Source of the DNA: Epithemia pelagica
Taxonomy: Eukaryota; Protista; Bacillariophyta
Reading direction: 5' to 3'
Length of the DNA: 64,000 bases
Assembly (NCBI GenBank): GCA_946965045.2
Contig: OX337232.1
Coordinates: forward strand, 992,001-1,056,000
Part shown: one piece after another, positions 9,639-21,539 of the stretch
Layout: the number at the start of each line of letters is the position of its first letter
Numbering within the stretch: position 1 is the stretch's first letter
Notes under the pieces: generated by a model
Databases searched by the model: none
What the model saw: the letters and a program-made list of their open reading frames with translations, nothing else
Told to the model about the DNA's origin: nothing
Made by a program: the position numbers and the translations under genes

Positions 9639-12600
9639 AGGACGTGGTGCTGGTGGTCCAGGCCGAGGAGGAAGAGGCCGTGGACGAGGAAGAGGACGTG
9701 GTGGACGTGGAGGTCGTGGAAGCAGAGGAGGCCACACGAGTAGTAATGCTTTCAAGGGCAACACGGAAGGCATGAACGGCCACGTGTTTCAAGTGTTCCA
9801 TGAGTGCAATGACAAGCGACAGTTCACAAGAACACTAGAAGCATTAGAGGAACACTTTGCGAAGACGTTCAAGCATGCGGGCGACATGGTGGTCCTTACC
9901 CGAGATTTGAAGAATCCGTCCGTTCAAGAGCCAGCCGATCTCCCAGACGAAGAGACGAGTCGTTTGAAGATTGCAATTTTCGAGAAACAAGTCGCCGCCT
10001 ATGTTACTCGATGCGAAATACTCAAAAGTAATTTGCAAGCCGCCTATGCCATAATTTGGGGGCAGTGCAGCGAGGCTATGAAAGCTAAACTACAAGGATT
10101 AGAAAAGTATGAGACCTCCCGACTAGCTTGCGATTGTGCTTGGCTGCTGACCCAAATCAAAGGGATCAGGCACAAATTTGAAGAAAAACGATATGGGTAT
10201 GCGTCCCTGAACGATGCGTACACCAATTTTTACCTCCACCGACAGCAACCCGATGAACCTCTCTCGGATTACCTGCATCAATTCAAGGAAAACATCGACG
10301 TCCTTGAACACTATGGAGGCTCAGTTGGAGTAGACAAAGGATCACAGGATCTCATTGTCAAATATTTGGATCCCGACGTCATTACAACCTCCGAAACGAA
10401 GAAACGCATGAGTCGTGATCGTGCCCTGGCTATCCAGTTCCTGAAGGGAGCGGATAAGAAACGGTTTGGAAATCTCCTCATCGAATTGGAGAACCAATTC
10501 ACCCGTGGGACGGATCAGTACCCCGTCGACGTCACGGCGGCATATGGCATGTTGGTGAGTTATCGCGGACCCCGCCAACCGCAAAATCAACAACAAGGAC
10601 AATCTTCAACCAGTAATGGGCTCCAGTTTGCCCAAACAACAACCGCTCCCGTCCCTGGCCTCGACGGAATTTTGCATGAAGCCATCATCTGCTTCCATTG
10701 CCAGGGTCCTGGTCATTATGCAAGTCAGTGCCCACATCGGACCGATAACAACGAGGCAGCCGCTGGAGTTACCATGCTCCAAAGTCATGGTCCCGTCCAC
10801 AACTTCACTTTTCTGCATTTTGATTGTTGTTTCTCGCAATCACGCCATGTTGCTATACCCGATTCTTGGGTTTTGTTGGACAGCCAGTCCACAGTGTCCG
10901 TTTTCCGAAATGCCACCTTGCTCCAAAACATCCGCCCTGCCGCTTCTCCCCTCACGGTCTACACCAATGGCGGTTCCCAAATCTCTCGTCTTGTTGGGGA
11001 CATCCCCAATTTTGGCGAAGTATGGTTCAACCCACAATCTCTGGCTAACATCCTATCCCTTGCTGCTGTCCGTCAGCGGTGCCGTGTCACCATGGACACT
11101 GCTGGTGCCTCCGCCATTGCTGTGCATCGGAAGGATGGTTCGGTAATGCTTTTCAAAGAGAGCCCCATGGGTCTCTATTATTTTGATGTGAACGATCCCA
11201 CTAACTCTATTAATTCCCCTTCTGCCCCTTACCTTTTTCTCAATAGTGCGACTGGGTACTCCCCCCGTGAGGTCGAAGGAGCGGATCGTGCCCGCACTCT
11301 TTACAGGCAACTCGGTCGACCCTCCCAACGCGATTTCCTCGACGCACTGGCAAATAATGTCGTCCAAAACTGTCCCGTCACCCCCGAAGATGCCAAACGC
11401 GCCCTCAAAATTTACGGCCCAGACCCCGCCACCATCAAAGGCAAAACCGTAAAGCGACCGACACCCGCTGCACCACAAGTAGTCCCAACGGATATCCCTA
11501 CCAAAATCAAGAACGAACACCGACGCGTGACGATATGCGCGGACAATTTCTACGTTCAAGGTCATATTTTCTGCCACACTATTTCCAAGCACCTCCATTT
11601 CCGCACCGTTGCAGCAATCTCCAATCGACGCAAAGCAACTCTCGAGAAGGAAATTAAGGACGTCATCAACATGTACCATGCCAGAGGTTTCGAAGTCACG
11701 GATTTCCACGCAGATAACGAATTTGCACCAATCCAACAGAGAATTCTCCCCGTCCTATCAAACATCGTTGCCGCTGACGACCATGTCGGACAAGTTGAGC
11801 GATCCATCAGAACCATCAAGGAGAGGGTCCGAGCCCTAGTTCACGGCCTACCGTATCGACGCTACCCGTCCCTATTAGTGCGAGAAATCGTGGCGCATGC
11901 CGTCCGCACCCTCAACCAACTACCAAGCAGAAAAGGCGTGTCCACCACCATGAGCCCACGGAAAATAGTAACGGGCCTACCTGACCCGGATTTCAACAAC
12001 ATGCGCATCGAATTCGGCCATTATGCCCAAATATTCGAAGAAAGACGAAGAACGAACACGACCGCCCCGCGAACCATTGGTGCCATTGCACTCAACCCGA
12101 CTGGCAACACTCAAGGGAGTTACTACTTCCTATCTTTAGACACGGGTGCTCGCGTCACACGCCAACAGTGGACAGAGCTCCCCATTACACAAGCGGTAAT
12201 CGACCGTGTCGAGGAATTGGCTGAACAGCAAGACCAACCACTCATTGATGGTGAGCTGGTTTTTGAATGGGCCCCGAACATGCCCATCATTGACGACAAC
12301 AATGAGGTACCCAACGACAACGATGACCTTTTGAATGACGACGAATCGGACGGAGAACTGGAAGAAGGGGAAGAAGAAACCGACGACGGGAACAGCGACG
12401 ACTCTGATCCCAACGAAAACGATGTCGAGTCAAGCAGTGACGAACCACCGGCATCAGATGAAGATGATGACGACGAGCCACCAATGGTTTCGACGACAGA
12501 TGATGAAGACAACGACGATGATAACGACAACGACGATGATCACGGGGAAATTGAAGAAGAAGAAGGAGCGCACAGTGAAATGGATGAAGATGAAGGAGCG

Positions 12601-14805
12601 AATGGACCCGACGAAGATGAAGGAGCGCATCATACACAAGAGTCTCAGGATGAAGATGAAGGAGCGAACGACTATGACGAGCATAGTGATGAAGACGGCG
12701 ATGGTGAAGCAACCGCTATGTCCGAGGACGACATGCCCCAACACGAGTACAATTTGAGGAGCGACCGGACACGCTCCTACAGCCACAGACTTGACCACCA
12801 AATGGACACCGCGGACGGTAGCACATCATACATGCATATACAATTTCTCCAACGTGCGATCCGTCACGCAACAACCAACGTGAACGAACGGAAACCAATC
12901 CATTCCTTGGTAGCCCACTTCATATTCACCCAAATGTCTGCCCAAGCAGGCATCAAGAAACATGGTCAAAAAGCCATAGACGCACTTCTCAAGGAATTCA
13001 CACAATTAGACAATCAAGATACATTCGATCCCCAGGACGCATCAAAGCTTACGGCGCAACAGAAAAAAGCAGCCCTCAGATCAGTCAATGTGATCAAAGA
13101 GAAACGCTGTGGCAAGATCAAAGGACGATCCTGCGCGGACGGACGGTCCCAGCGGCCACACTACGATAAAAGTGAGACTGCTTCGCCAGCCCTGTCAACA
13201 GACACCCTGATCATGTCACTGATCATCGACGCGATTGAACGACGGAAAGTCATCACCGCTGACATCGCTGGGGCATACCTTAATGCTTTTATGCGCGATT
13301 ACGTGTTAATGAAGCTCACCGGTGATGTAGTGGACATCTTCTGCCAGATCGACGAGAAATACAAAAAGTTCGTCGTTATGGAAGGAAAGACCAAAGTACT
13401 CTACGTACGACTCAACAAAGCACTGTATGGATGCGTTCAATCTGCATTACTGTGGTACGAGCTGTTCTCCACAACACTGAAAGAGATGGGTTTCGAACTA
13501 AACCCGTACGACCCATGCGTGGCCAACAAAATGATCAACGGACGCCAATGCACTGTAACCTGGTACGTGGACGATCTAAAAGCATCGCACGTGGAAGAGA
13601 AGGTAATCGAAGATGTCGTGGCAGCAATCGAAGCAAAATTCGGGAAGATGTCGGTATGTAGAGGAAAAGAGCACACCTATTTGGGAATGAAAATTACAAT
13701 CAACGACAATGGCACAGTCAGCATTATCATGCCACAATACATCGACGAAGCAATCGACATGTTCGGCGAGAATGTCACACAAGGAGCATCAACGCCTGCG
13801 AGGAAAGGACTATTCACAATCAAGAAGAATTCACCGATACTCAGCAAGGAAAAGAAGGACAAATTTCACAGTATCGTGGCAAAATTACTCTACCTGTCAC
13901 AACGTGCCCGTATAGACATCCAAACGGCCATCGCGTTCCTGTGCACCCGAGTTGCCAAATGCACCGTCGACGATTGGGCCAAATTGAAACGAGTACTCCA
14001 ATATCTGTATGCTACCAAAGAATTGGAATACATTGTTGGAGCAGACGATGTACCCCATCTCAAGACATGGGTCGACGCATCATTTGCCGTACATGACGAC
14101 ATGCGCAGCCACACAGGCGGTGTAATGTCCCTTGGGCGAGGTGCTATCATCGCAAAATCAAGAAAGCAGAAGCTCAACACCAAGAGCTCGACCGAAGCCG
14201 AGGTTGTGGGTGCAAGTGACTACCTCCCAAACACGATATGGGCCAAACGATTCCTCGAGGCCCAAGGATATGAAATAGCAAGCACAAAATTCGCACAGGA
14301 CAACCAGAGCGCCATCAAACTAGAGAAAAACGGAAGAGCTTCAGCGGGGAAGCAGTCGCGCCATGTGGATATCAGATATTTTTTCATAAAAGACCGAATC
14401 AAACAAGAAAATATCGACATCCATTACTGCCCAACGGAGGAAATGTTGGCAGATTTTTACACAAAACCACTACAAGGGAGTCTTTTTATCAAGTTCAGAG
14501 ACGTATTACTCGGACACAAGCCCATCGATTCCCTGCAAGGCTCCCCGTGCGACTCCTCGACTCATGAGGAGCGTGTTGGAAATAATGACGAAAACGGAAA
14601 AATGATCCACGAGTCCTCAGAGCCACCCGGCGACCAAATTGAGACAATGACGGGAACTACTTATCGAAACAGTCACGAACAATCACGCGAGCAAGAAGGT
14701 AAGCGCGTTACGTTCGCTGACGTGGTAAAATACGGAAAACCAAAGACGAGCGAGGCGAAAAAGATGAATGCTCATTCTTTGGAGATAATCAAGAAAGTAA
14801 AGTAA
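9568..14805 (+). CDS. Gag-Pol polyprotein of copia 1
   Basis: First ATG at 9568. RGG box, CCHC knuckle (CFHCQGPGHYASQCP), protease WVLLDSQST, integrase D-D-E (CADNF, ADNEF, QVERSIR), RT (DIAGAYL, KALYG, YVDD) and RNase H (WVDASF, STEAEV, QDNQSA, ADFYTKPL). Confidence 0.96.
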   Translation: MSSSSASNPSSQDGAPSSPGTTPEGRGAGGPGRGGRGRGRGRGRGGRGGRGSRGGHTSSNAFKGNTEGMNGHVFQVFHECNDKRQFTRTLEALEEHFAKTFKHAGDMVVLTRDLKNPSVQEPADLPDEETSRLKIAIFEKQVAAYVTRCEILKSNLQAAYAIIWGQCSEAMKAKLQGLEKYETSRLACDCAWLLTQIKGIRHKFEEKRYGYASLNDAYTNFYLHRQQPDEPLSDYLHQFKENIDVLEHYGGSVGVDKGSQDLIVKYLDPDVITTSETKKRMSRDRALAIQFLKGADKKRFGNLLIELENQFTRGTDQYPVDVTAAYGMLVSYRGPRQPQNQQQGQSSTSNGLQFAQTTTAPVPGLDGILHEAIICFHCQGPGHYASQCPHRTDNNEAAAGVTMLQSHGPVHNFTFLHFDCCFSQSRHVAIPDSWVLLDSQSTVSVFRNATLLQNIRPAASPLTVYTNGGSQISRLVGDIPNFGEVWFNPQSLANILSLAAVRQRCRVTMDTAGASAIAVHRKDGSVMLFKESPMGLYYFDVNDPTNSINSPSAPYLFLNSATGYSPREVEGADRARTLYRQLGRPSQRDFLDALANNVVQNCPVTPEDAKRALKIYGPDPATIKGKTVKRPTPAAPQVVPTDIPTKIKNEHRRVTICADNFYVQGHIFCHTISKHLHFRTVAAISNRRKATLEKEIKDVINMYHARGFEVTDFHADNEFAPIQQRILPVLSNIVAADDHVGQVERSIRTIKERVRALVHGLPYRRYPSLLVREIVAHAVRTLNQLPSRKGVSTTMSPRKIVTGLPDPDFNNMRIEFGHYAQIFEERRRTNTTAPRTIGAIALNPTGNTQGSYYFLSLDTGARVTRQQWTELPITQAVIDRVEELAEQQDQPLIDGELVFEWAPNMPIIDDNNEVPNDNDDLLNDDESDGELEEGEEETDDGNSDDSDPNENDVESSSDEPPASDEDDDDEPPMVSTTDDEDNDDDNDNDDDHGEIEEEEGAHSEMDEDEGANGPDEDEGAHHTQESQDEDEGANDYDEHSDEDGDGEATAMSEDDMPQHEYNLRSDRTRSYSHRLDHQMDTADGSTSYMHIQFLQRAIRHATTNVNERKPIHSLVAHFIFTQMSAQAGIKKHGQKAIDALLKEFTQLDNQDTFDPQDASKLTAQQKKAALRSVNVIKEKRCGKIKGRSCADGRSQRPHYDKSETASPALSTDTLIMSLIIDAIERRKVITADIAGAYLNAFMRDYVLMKLTGDVVDIFCQIDEKYKKFVVMEGKTKVLYVRLNKALYGCVQSALLWYELFSTTLKEMGFELNPYDPCVANKMINGRQCTVTWYVDDLKASHVEEKVIEDVVAAIEAKFGKMSVCRGKEHTYLGMKITINDNGTVSIIMPQYIDEAIDMFGENVTQGASTPARKGLFTIKKNSPILSKEKKDKFHSIVAKLLYLSQRARIDIQTAIAFLCTRVAKCTVDDWAKLKRVLQYLYATKELEYIVGADDVPHLKTWVDASFAVHDDMRSHTGGVMSLGRGAIIAKSRKQKLNTKSSTEAEVVGASDYLPNTIWAKRFLEAQGYEIASTKFAQDNQSAIKLEKNGRASAGKQSRHVDIRYFFIKDRIKQENIDIHYCPTEEMLADFYTKPLQGSLFIKFRDVLLGHKPIDSLQGSPCDSSTHEERVGNNDENGKMIHESSEPPGDQIETMTGTTYRNSHEQSREQEGKRVTFADVVKYGKPKTSEAKKMNAHSLEIIKKVK

Positions 14806-14867
14806 AATTACGTTTTACATCTACGACGATAGCGACGAAGCTGACGGCATCCTTGCATCGTCCAACA
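14574..14867 (+). repeat. 3' LTR of copia 1
   Basis: Direct repeat of 8536-8829, followed by the GGTTC TSD. Confidence 0.97.
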
Positions 14868-16015
14868 GGTTCTTCATCCACGGTCTCCCAGGGCTTCCCA
14901 ATGAACCTCTTGCTACCGATATTCTCTTCCAATGCATACTGCTCTCGTACATTAAGTCCTTTGGTCCACGGGTACTCCTTAGCTTCCGACGGGGCCAGCC
15001 AGTAATCAACCTTTCGATATGTAGGGTAGAAACGGTTGTCGAAGATTTTGTATACAGTTGTCTTATCTTGAAAGGCAATGTTGTAGTTCTTCCTCTGCTC
15101 CCATACTTCGTCCGTCGGCTGCTGTCTGCTCAAATGCTCGGCGCAGTTAAGGTAGCGGACAATCCCTTTGCAGCTATCCATAACTGCTTCCGTAATATCC
15201 TCTCCTAATTTGCAATCGTAAATCTCGCGCCACAGAAGGCCCATCTTTACGTCGTTGTTTTTCTGCGACTGGTCGCCAACCTTGTCGAAGAGAAAGGCTT
15301 CCTGCACAATCTGCAGACGTAGACTCTTGTCCTTCGGAGTTCGATCGTAGTGAAGCCATAGAAGAATCATATGCGTGTTTGATTGACGAATCAAGCGTGC
15401 GTATTTGAAGGCCTGCTGTATTTTCCCGCAAACCATTTCTTCATTCTCGCCCGTTACAGTAAAGTCTGCCCCCTTCTTCTGATTCTTTCGCCAATTCTTG
15501 CTGACACTCATGCGCAACTTGTCTGAAAGATCCGTTTTTCGGACATGAGGAACTGTATTAAGGGCGTCCATCATATCCTTGGCTATCTCCTTTGTCGTAT
15601 CTTCGTCCTCCGTAGGCATACTTTTGTTTTTCTGGTCGCCATAATATTCCAACAGACCCATACCAACGGGGTGGACTAGAAGCGTCCCTCTTCGCTTTAC
15701 ATTTTCATAGAAAGATGCAGCAGTGCTGCTCTTGGCTATACTACTACTGCGCTCTGCCATTGTTGTTTTGTGATGAAGCCCCTTTTTTTTATTGACTTTC
15801 AATTTTGCATTGTGGCGAAGAATCTGCAAAAATTGCAACCACTGTCATTCACGACCAGGACTCACCCTCCGCTAAGGGGGTAGCTTCCGTTCTATTAAGG
15901 GGGAGGGGTGCCCTTTTCCTACACTCATAACTCATGTATTGCCGACACAACTTCCTCTCCTCATTCAAGCGCATTTGAGACAGAGGATTACACCAAAGTC
16001 CGTATCATCAAAATC

Positions 16016-16733
16016 ATGACGAATCCCACAGACCCAGACCTTGCTGAAACCACTGAAATACAGGTATGTCGCTATATGATTGACTGACGAAGTGATCCTT
16101 GCTATACGACATGGGTCTAAGACACCGAGATGGGAGCCGAAACTGCGCTTTCCTGCAGAACGTGACAGGAATTGGGAAGCACCACGGGGGCGGATAAAGA
16201 GAAGAAGAAAACAAGAACGGAAACTGAAAATTGAACGATTGCTGTCCAATGTCTTTTGAGTTGTATCTCACCTGTCACTTCCTCATTTTAACATTTGTTT
16301 AGGTGCAACTGCAACAGTGCCTTGAACGAAGCAAGAAAACGTGGACCGGTTTGTTCACCGGAATACCAGTCGCTTCCAATGGAATCAGTTTTCGGCAGCC
16401 TCTTTGTGGGCCAATGCCATTTTGTTTGCTGCCGCTGAAATCTCTTTGCATGCGTTTGTGGAAGCTGCTTCAGCGGCAGCAAACAAAATGGGATTGGCCC
16501 ACAAAGAGGCGGGGGACAAAGTTGTGGAAGCTGCAACGAAACTTGAAAACGGAATGGTGGAAGCTGCAACGAAACTTGAAAACGGAATGGTGGAAGCTGC
16601 AAAATGCGTCGCACTGGCCTGTGTAGTGGCCACTGTCATCAGCACAGCACCTTCGTGGGATGGCCTCATCCTTTTCTTTGTCGCAATTGGCTTGTTGTTC
16701 GTAGTCGCTGGACGGCGGTCCTTCATTTCATAA
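16016..16733 (+). pseudogene. Small two-exon coiled-coil/TM gene, copy A, frameshifted by an internal inverted duplication
   Basis: Exon 1 at 16016-16063, GT...AG intron, exon 2 from 16303, homologous to 33210-33974. A fold-back insert at ~16389-16468 moves the TM C-terminus into another frame. There is also a 30-nt tandem duplication at ~16524-16590. Confidence 0.65.
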
Positions 16734-16879
16734 TCCCGCAATGGGCTCGAACATATGGGTGGGAAGGGAACACGAGCCACCTTGGAAGCTCCTGAATTGC
16801 GTCGGCCGGATTGGATACGGTCGACGCACACCTGTCCGCGCTTCTTGATTCATCCGTACGCCCTTACGCTTGGAACGTG

Positions 16880-17300
16880 ATCGACCGAATTGGACTCTGT
16901 CGACAAACATCCATTTTTGCGGCATATGAGACGATTCCTCTACTTTCTTGGAGCATGTCTTGAACACACGTCCCTGTAGGTAGAGTCTCATAAAATATAG
17001 CATAGAGATTCAAACATGACCACAAAGAGGAACTTGCGTGCTACAGACATCCCGATATCTCGTGCACAACAAATTCCACCACTACGACTACGACGAATAG
17101 AATCCAAGCTCCTAGGATAAAGTTGGATCGGTTTCCAAGTTTTGCAAGTGATTTTCCATGCATCCAACGCAATGAAAATAACCACCAAAAGGTAACGTTC
17201 CATCCCCGAAAATAAAAAGTCCTGAATGACGTCTCAATACCACTACTTGGTTTAGGCATCGTCTCATTGGATCTGTAGTACTTCCAGTGAAACATGTCCC
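16880..17300 (-). repeat. Dispersed ~430-bp module (4 copies: here, ~34070-34470 minus, ~57790-58240 plus, ~62470-62990 plus)
   Basis: Shared anchors include TGTTTCACTNGAAGTACTA, CCTAAACCAAGTAGTGGTATT, GCATGGAAAATCAC and GTGGAATTTGTT. Reading frames differ between copies. Confidence 0.75.
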
Positions 17301-17309
17301 GCCCACTCT

Positions 17310-17990
17310 GGAGAAGGAGGATGGACCAGTCAGATTTAGAACAAGATTTCCAGTCCCACTACCATGCGTCATTCCAATCAAACTGTGCGGTCGCTAGGTG
17401 TCCGAGACGTACATACACCACCATCCCATGACGATAACGAAGCCGAGAGGGCGTCATCATGCTAGTCGATACATTCCCGGCATGGTGGTGACAGTCTTGG
17501 TTGTTTTGCTTCTCGCGGGTCTCGTGTTGGTGGCCTATTTCGTGGGATGGATCATGGCTGCCCAAGGTTTGGTCTTTTGTATTGTATCCGCAGCTTTATC
17601 ACCGCTCTTAACAGCCTTGTATGTCCTTTCCCAGAAACAAAACAGCAACAACGACGACGACCAGCCCAAGAGACGGAGGAAGAAGCCAGTTGACGACCCT
17701 TGCAATATACGACTTGGGAATCCTTCAACGACGGTTCACTAACGCACCATTTCGGGTATGGATGCCCCAGTCAATTGTTGGAGCCTGCAAGACAATGACA
17801 ACCCCTTTGATGTCTCTCATTGCGCAATACCATGCATTTGTTAGATTTTGCAGATCAATCCAGCGTGAACAGACGTTTGCCGCTTGTTTCAATGTAACAA
17901 TGAGCAAGATACTGCCATGTATACAAGCGTTTGACTTGCTAGTTTTCATGTAAGCAATCAACTTTATATCTTCAATTATTCTTGACTTTT
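17310..17990 (+). pseudogene. 5'-truncated diverged copy of the 3' half of the 6744-7424 membrane-protein gene
   Basis: Matches ~7030-7700, starting at TGGAGAAGGAGGATGG.CCAGTCAGATTTAGAACAAGATTTCCAGTC. No start region is present. Confidence 0.75.
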
Positions 17991-18075
17991 TCAGGGCTTA
18001 AACTCGTCATCACAAATGCTAGTCACGTATTGATTCATGGGCGAAATACTCTTGTGATGTAGTTGTATCATAAGT

Positions 18076-21000
18076 CTAATCGGACGACGACCCAAACAGA
18101 CCACGGAAGGCGGTCGCGGCCACAAAGGCCAGGCCTCCATAAACCAGATTTCGACGCATGTTCGCATCCATACCTTGGCCATTTTCGTTGTCAGCGTTGT
18201 CTTTATCAGCAATGGGAACTGGAAGATTGTCAAAGGTACCAGTGTATTCCTCAGCATACAATTGTCCGAATTCCGATTGTTCCAGTCGCTCTCGTTCTTC
18301 CTTGAGCTTTTGTCGTTTGTTGCGTACCGCCTTGAGGGCGTCGCTGGTAATGACCCGAACTTGATCAGCTTCTTCTTTCGTCGTGCCACTGGTCATCCTT
18401 GGGGTGGTGGGGGATACCATCTGGTCATTTTCTTGGCGCAATACGCGCACCTTGAGTAGCTTGGCACGGCTTGTAATGGATTCATCGTCAACCGTGACAG
18501 CTGCCGCGGCTGCCACAAGGGCCTTGATGATTTCGGACGATTCCTTGACGTCTTCGGGTGCCGCATTCTTGGGAACATGGTCCATAAAGAGCGACTTGTC
18601 CAATTCAAAACGAGATTCCTCGTCTGGGGCGCTTTCCAGGTCCAGGGACTCCTCTTCTTCTGGTGCCAAGGAAATCGAGGAATCCATTTCTTCCATCTTC
18701 AACTCTTCCCCAACAACCTTATTGGTTACATCGGACAAAACGGTTACAGATTCGGATTCCACAGTTTCATCTTCCATCTGGACCCTCTTTTCCAATGCGG
18801 CAAATAGCGACTCGTCGTGTGTTTCCAAAGAAAAGCTCGAATCTGTTTCTTCCACGATATCATTTTCCACACCAATTGTCTTGGTGGAATCGGACACGAC
18901 AGTGAAAGATTCGGATCCAAGAGCGTCTGCAACAGTCGTTTCAGACAAGGACATTGTCGTTTCTTCTTCTTCTTGTTGTTTGGAGTCAGGAGACACAATG
19001 TAGAAGTCGGCCGGCCGTTGAGAAGTCACGTCGTCGTTGACCGTTGTCCCTTCGACCACAGTAGCTGTGGCGTCCAGGGGCACTTCATCGTCTTGTTCGT
19101 CTTGGTTGTTACTGTGAGGTTGCGTTTCGAACGCAGCAGTACGGTCTGGCAAAGCCGTCAGTGCGCTCGTTTCGGCCGTCGTTGCTGCAACAAGATTGTG
19201 TGGTGGTTGTTCCTCAATCGTCGGCGCTTCCGTGGCCAGCGTGTCTTTAACGGCTTCGGTTTTTAAAAATTCTTGAACAAACTGCACCACTGGATCCTCG
19301 GCAGTTTCCTCCTCGGCCTTAATGTCGAGGATGGTTGGGGGAGTCGTCCTTGGTTCCTCCAGGTTGTTGGTGCTGGGTTCTGACGCCATGGGATCGAAAC
19401 TGCTCGAAGGAGTAGTCGTACCCTTGGGATCAGCCTCGTCTTCTTTCGGACGATGAAGGGCCGTCCATTCTTGCGCCAAGTCTTGCGCCGAGACGGTGGG
19501 CACTGGATTGCTCGTTTCCGGTTTGACGGGTGGTGGTGCTGGTATGGCCTGTGACAAGGCCAAGGCGGTCTGACTCATTCCACTATCATCACTACTACTG
19601 TCATCCGTATCCTTTTCCGACGAGGATGCAAACGAATCGGCCGTCGTCGTCTGTTTCTCGATACCAGAGGCCTGTTGTTGTAGATCTGTGGTGCGTTTCG
19701 TGGACTCCCAGGCGGCAGCCTCTTGCACATTCTTGGTGGTGGTTGGTTCTTGTGGCACGGCGGTCGACAGTGCCTCGTTCCGAATACTAGTAGTATGATC
19801 CGAATTGCTGGATTCGGTCGTTTCCACGTCCACCTCTTGATGGCGTCGCGTCCAATCCTGCGCCAGTTCTTGAATGGTAGCCGGATCGGAACGAGGGGTG
19901 GACGGTTGTTGTTGTTGTTGTTGTTGGAGCTGTTGATGTTGTTGCTGTTTCTTTTCATGCTCGTGTAACCATTCTTGGGAGACCTTGTGATTGGGTTTCA
20001 TTTCCTCGACCGACGGTGGATGCAACTGGGCCCACGCTTGATTCCAAAAGGACGTGGAAAAAGTCGTTGTGGTTGTCGTCGTGGAGTGGGTGCTGGTCGA
20101 TTTCTTCATGTCTCGAGGAGGGGGCAGGACAACTGCATCATTTTGTGGAGAAGGAGGCACACTCAATTCGACGTTGGGTGGTGAGGAAGATGGTACGACT
20201 GGTACACTCGTGGTCGAGGTGGTGGTTGCCTGGGAGGATGGAACCATGGTATTGTCCGAGTCGTCCTGCTTCGTCGTCGTTGTCTCGGACTCAAGGACCG
20301 TCAGTTCCTTGTTGGACTCTGATTTTCTCTTGGGAATGGAATCGGCCAAGGATTGCTTGTTGGGCTGCTGGACTTCAATGAAGGGTGGGTGCAACGAGGC
20401 CCATTGCGAGGCCGAGTCTTGCAAAATGTGCTGTTGCTCTTCGTTTGGTGGTGGTTCTTGGATGGAAACGGGCGAGGAAGAAGAAAAGAGTGGCAAGGGG
20501 TTGGGTTCTTGCAGTTGCGAACTCGACGAAATGTCAAAGTAGTCCAAGGCTTGTTGTTCCAAATCGTCCAAATCGGGTTCCATGCTGGTTCACCCCGTAA
20601 ACGACGTCGAGTCCTGAGGAGGAGGAGTGGTGATATCGTCCTTGTTAATATCCTTGGTGTCATCGTCCCTGTCGTGGTCCCTTGTCGGCGTTGTCATCTT
20701 CCAGGGGTCATGTTCCGTTTGCTTCTTGACGGCATTGATTTCGTCTTGCGATCTTGGTGGTGGTGGTCGACGCTGTCGACTCAAGGCCGCCCAGGTTTCG
20801 GGCATTTGCGCCATGGACGCCGGAGACGATTCGGAACGGAATAGGGATTCTTGTTGTCCTGGGTGTCGTAATTGTCATTGCTGCCCATCCTGGGTAAAGT
20901 GGTGGCGGGTTCCTCCGACGGGGACAACGACCCGGTGGTACTTCTACTCGTACTACTACTGCGACTCCACAATTGCGAGGGATAGACCCAGGGAGGCGAC

Positions 21001-21280
21001 GACGCCATGTCCATGGGGGATGACGGTTGCTCCGTGTCGTCGGTGGCGTCCTCGGGTGCTGCTGTGGTATCACGCAATCGACCCGTCGGGACCTTCATTT
21101 GGTGCATGGCCGTCATGGGAGATGACGATGTTGTCGTTGTCGATATGCTTGTGCGGGACATGGTCGAATAGGACCTCGCCGACAACATCATTTGAGAGGG
21201 ATACACCATGGCCGCTTCGGACGAGGAGGGAAAGGAGGAAATGTGCACGTGTTGGTTGGAACTGCCTCGAGGAGGACGAT
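18076..21280 (-). pseudogene. Paralog A of the long low-complexity plastid-targeted gene (35256-39011)
   Basis: The 835-aa 3' ORF is nearly identical to paralog B. It has a TGG>TGA nonsense change at 20590-20592, a frameshift near 20800, and has lost the signal-peptide region at the duplication junction. Confidence 0.85.
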
Positions 21281-21539
21281 GATCGAGACTGCCGTCAAGT
21301 CTTCAAGAGCTCCAACGGGTTCATTAGAATCAACAGTCGCCTTGTTGGACACAATGCACAAACGGGAAAAACAAAGTCAGGCTATTCTGCATTTCCGCCA
21401 GGTGCTGAAAGGCACAGAGCTATCAATTTCCTCCATCAGATTTCTTTTCGGTCGAATGCGACAATCGCGTCTTCTGGTTCTTTTTGCCAGGACAGCCTAT
21501 CCCAATAATATCGTTGTAGATTTCCCTCTTGGCCGCCGA

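Larger units (their letters stand above)
8536..14867 (+). mobile_element. Complete Ty1/copia (CoDi-like) LTR retrotransposon, copia 1
   Basis: 294-bp LTRs at 8536-8829 and 14574-14867 with TGTTGGA...TCCAACA termini and no difference found by eye. 5-bp TSD GGTTC (8531-8535, 14868-14872), PPT GAGGAGCG before the 3' LTR, and an intact gag-pol in PR-IN-RT-RH order. Confidence 0.97.
7865..15760 (-). pseudogene. Crinkler-like protein kinase gene, paralog A, split by copia 1
   Basis: 5' part runs from ATG 15760 to 14868 and resumes below 8530 after the GGTTC TSD. The kinase loop HGDVRGFN and LLDFDLSG are present, but a 1-bp deletion relative to paralog B near 8368 shifts the frame. Confidence 0.8.
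7825..21280. repeat. Tandem segmental duplication, unit A (kinase, small TM gene, TM-gene fragment, long low-complexity gene)
   Basis: After removing the inserted elements, the module order matches unit B (21385-~38590). Identity is high over most of the unit by eye, and the unit is truncated at ~21280. Confidence 0.85.

Noticed and set aside
14789-15838. 349-aa ORF as a complete gene
   Set aside because: It is the 5' half of the kinase gene running into the copia 1 LTR. The same applies to 31658-32953 and copia 2.
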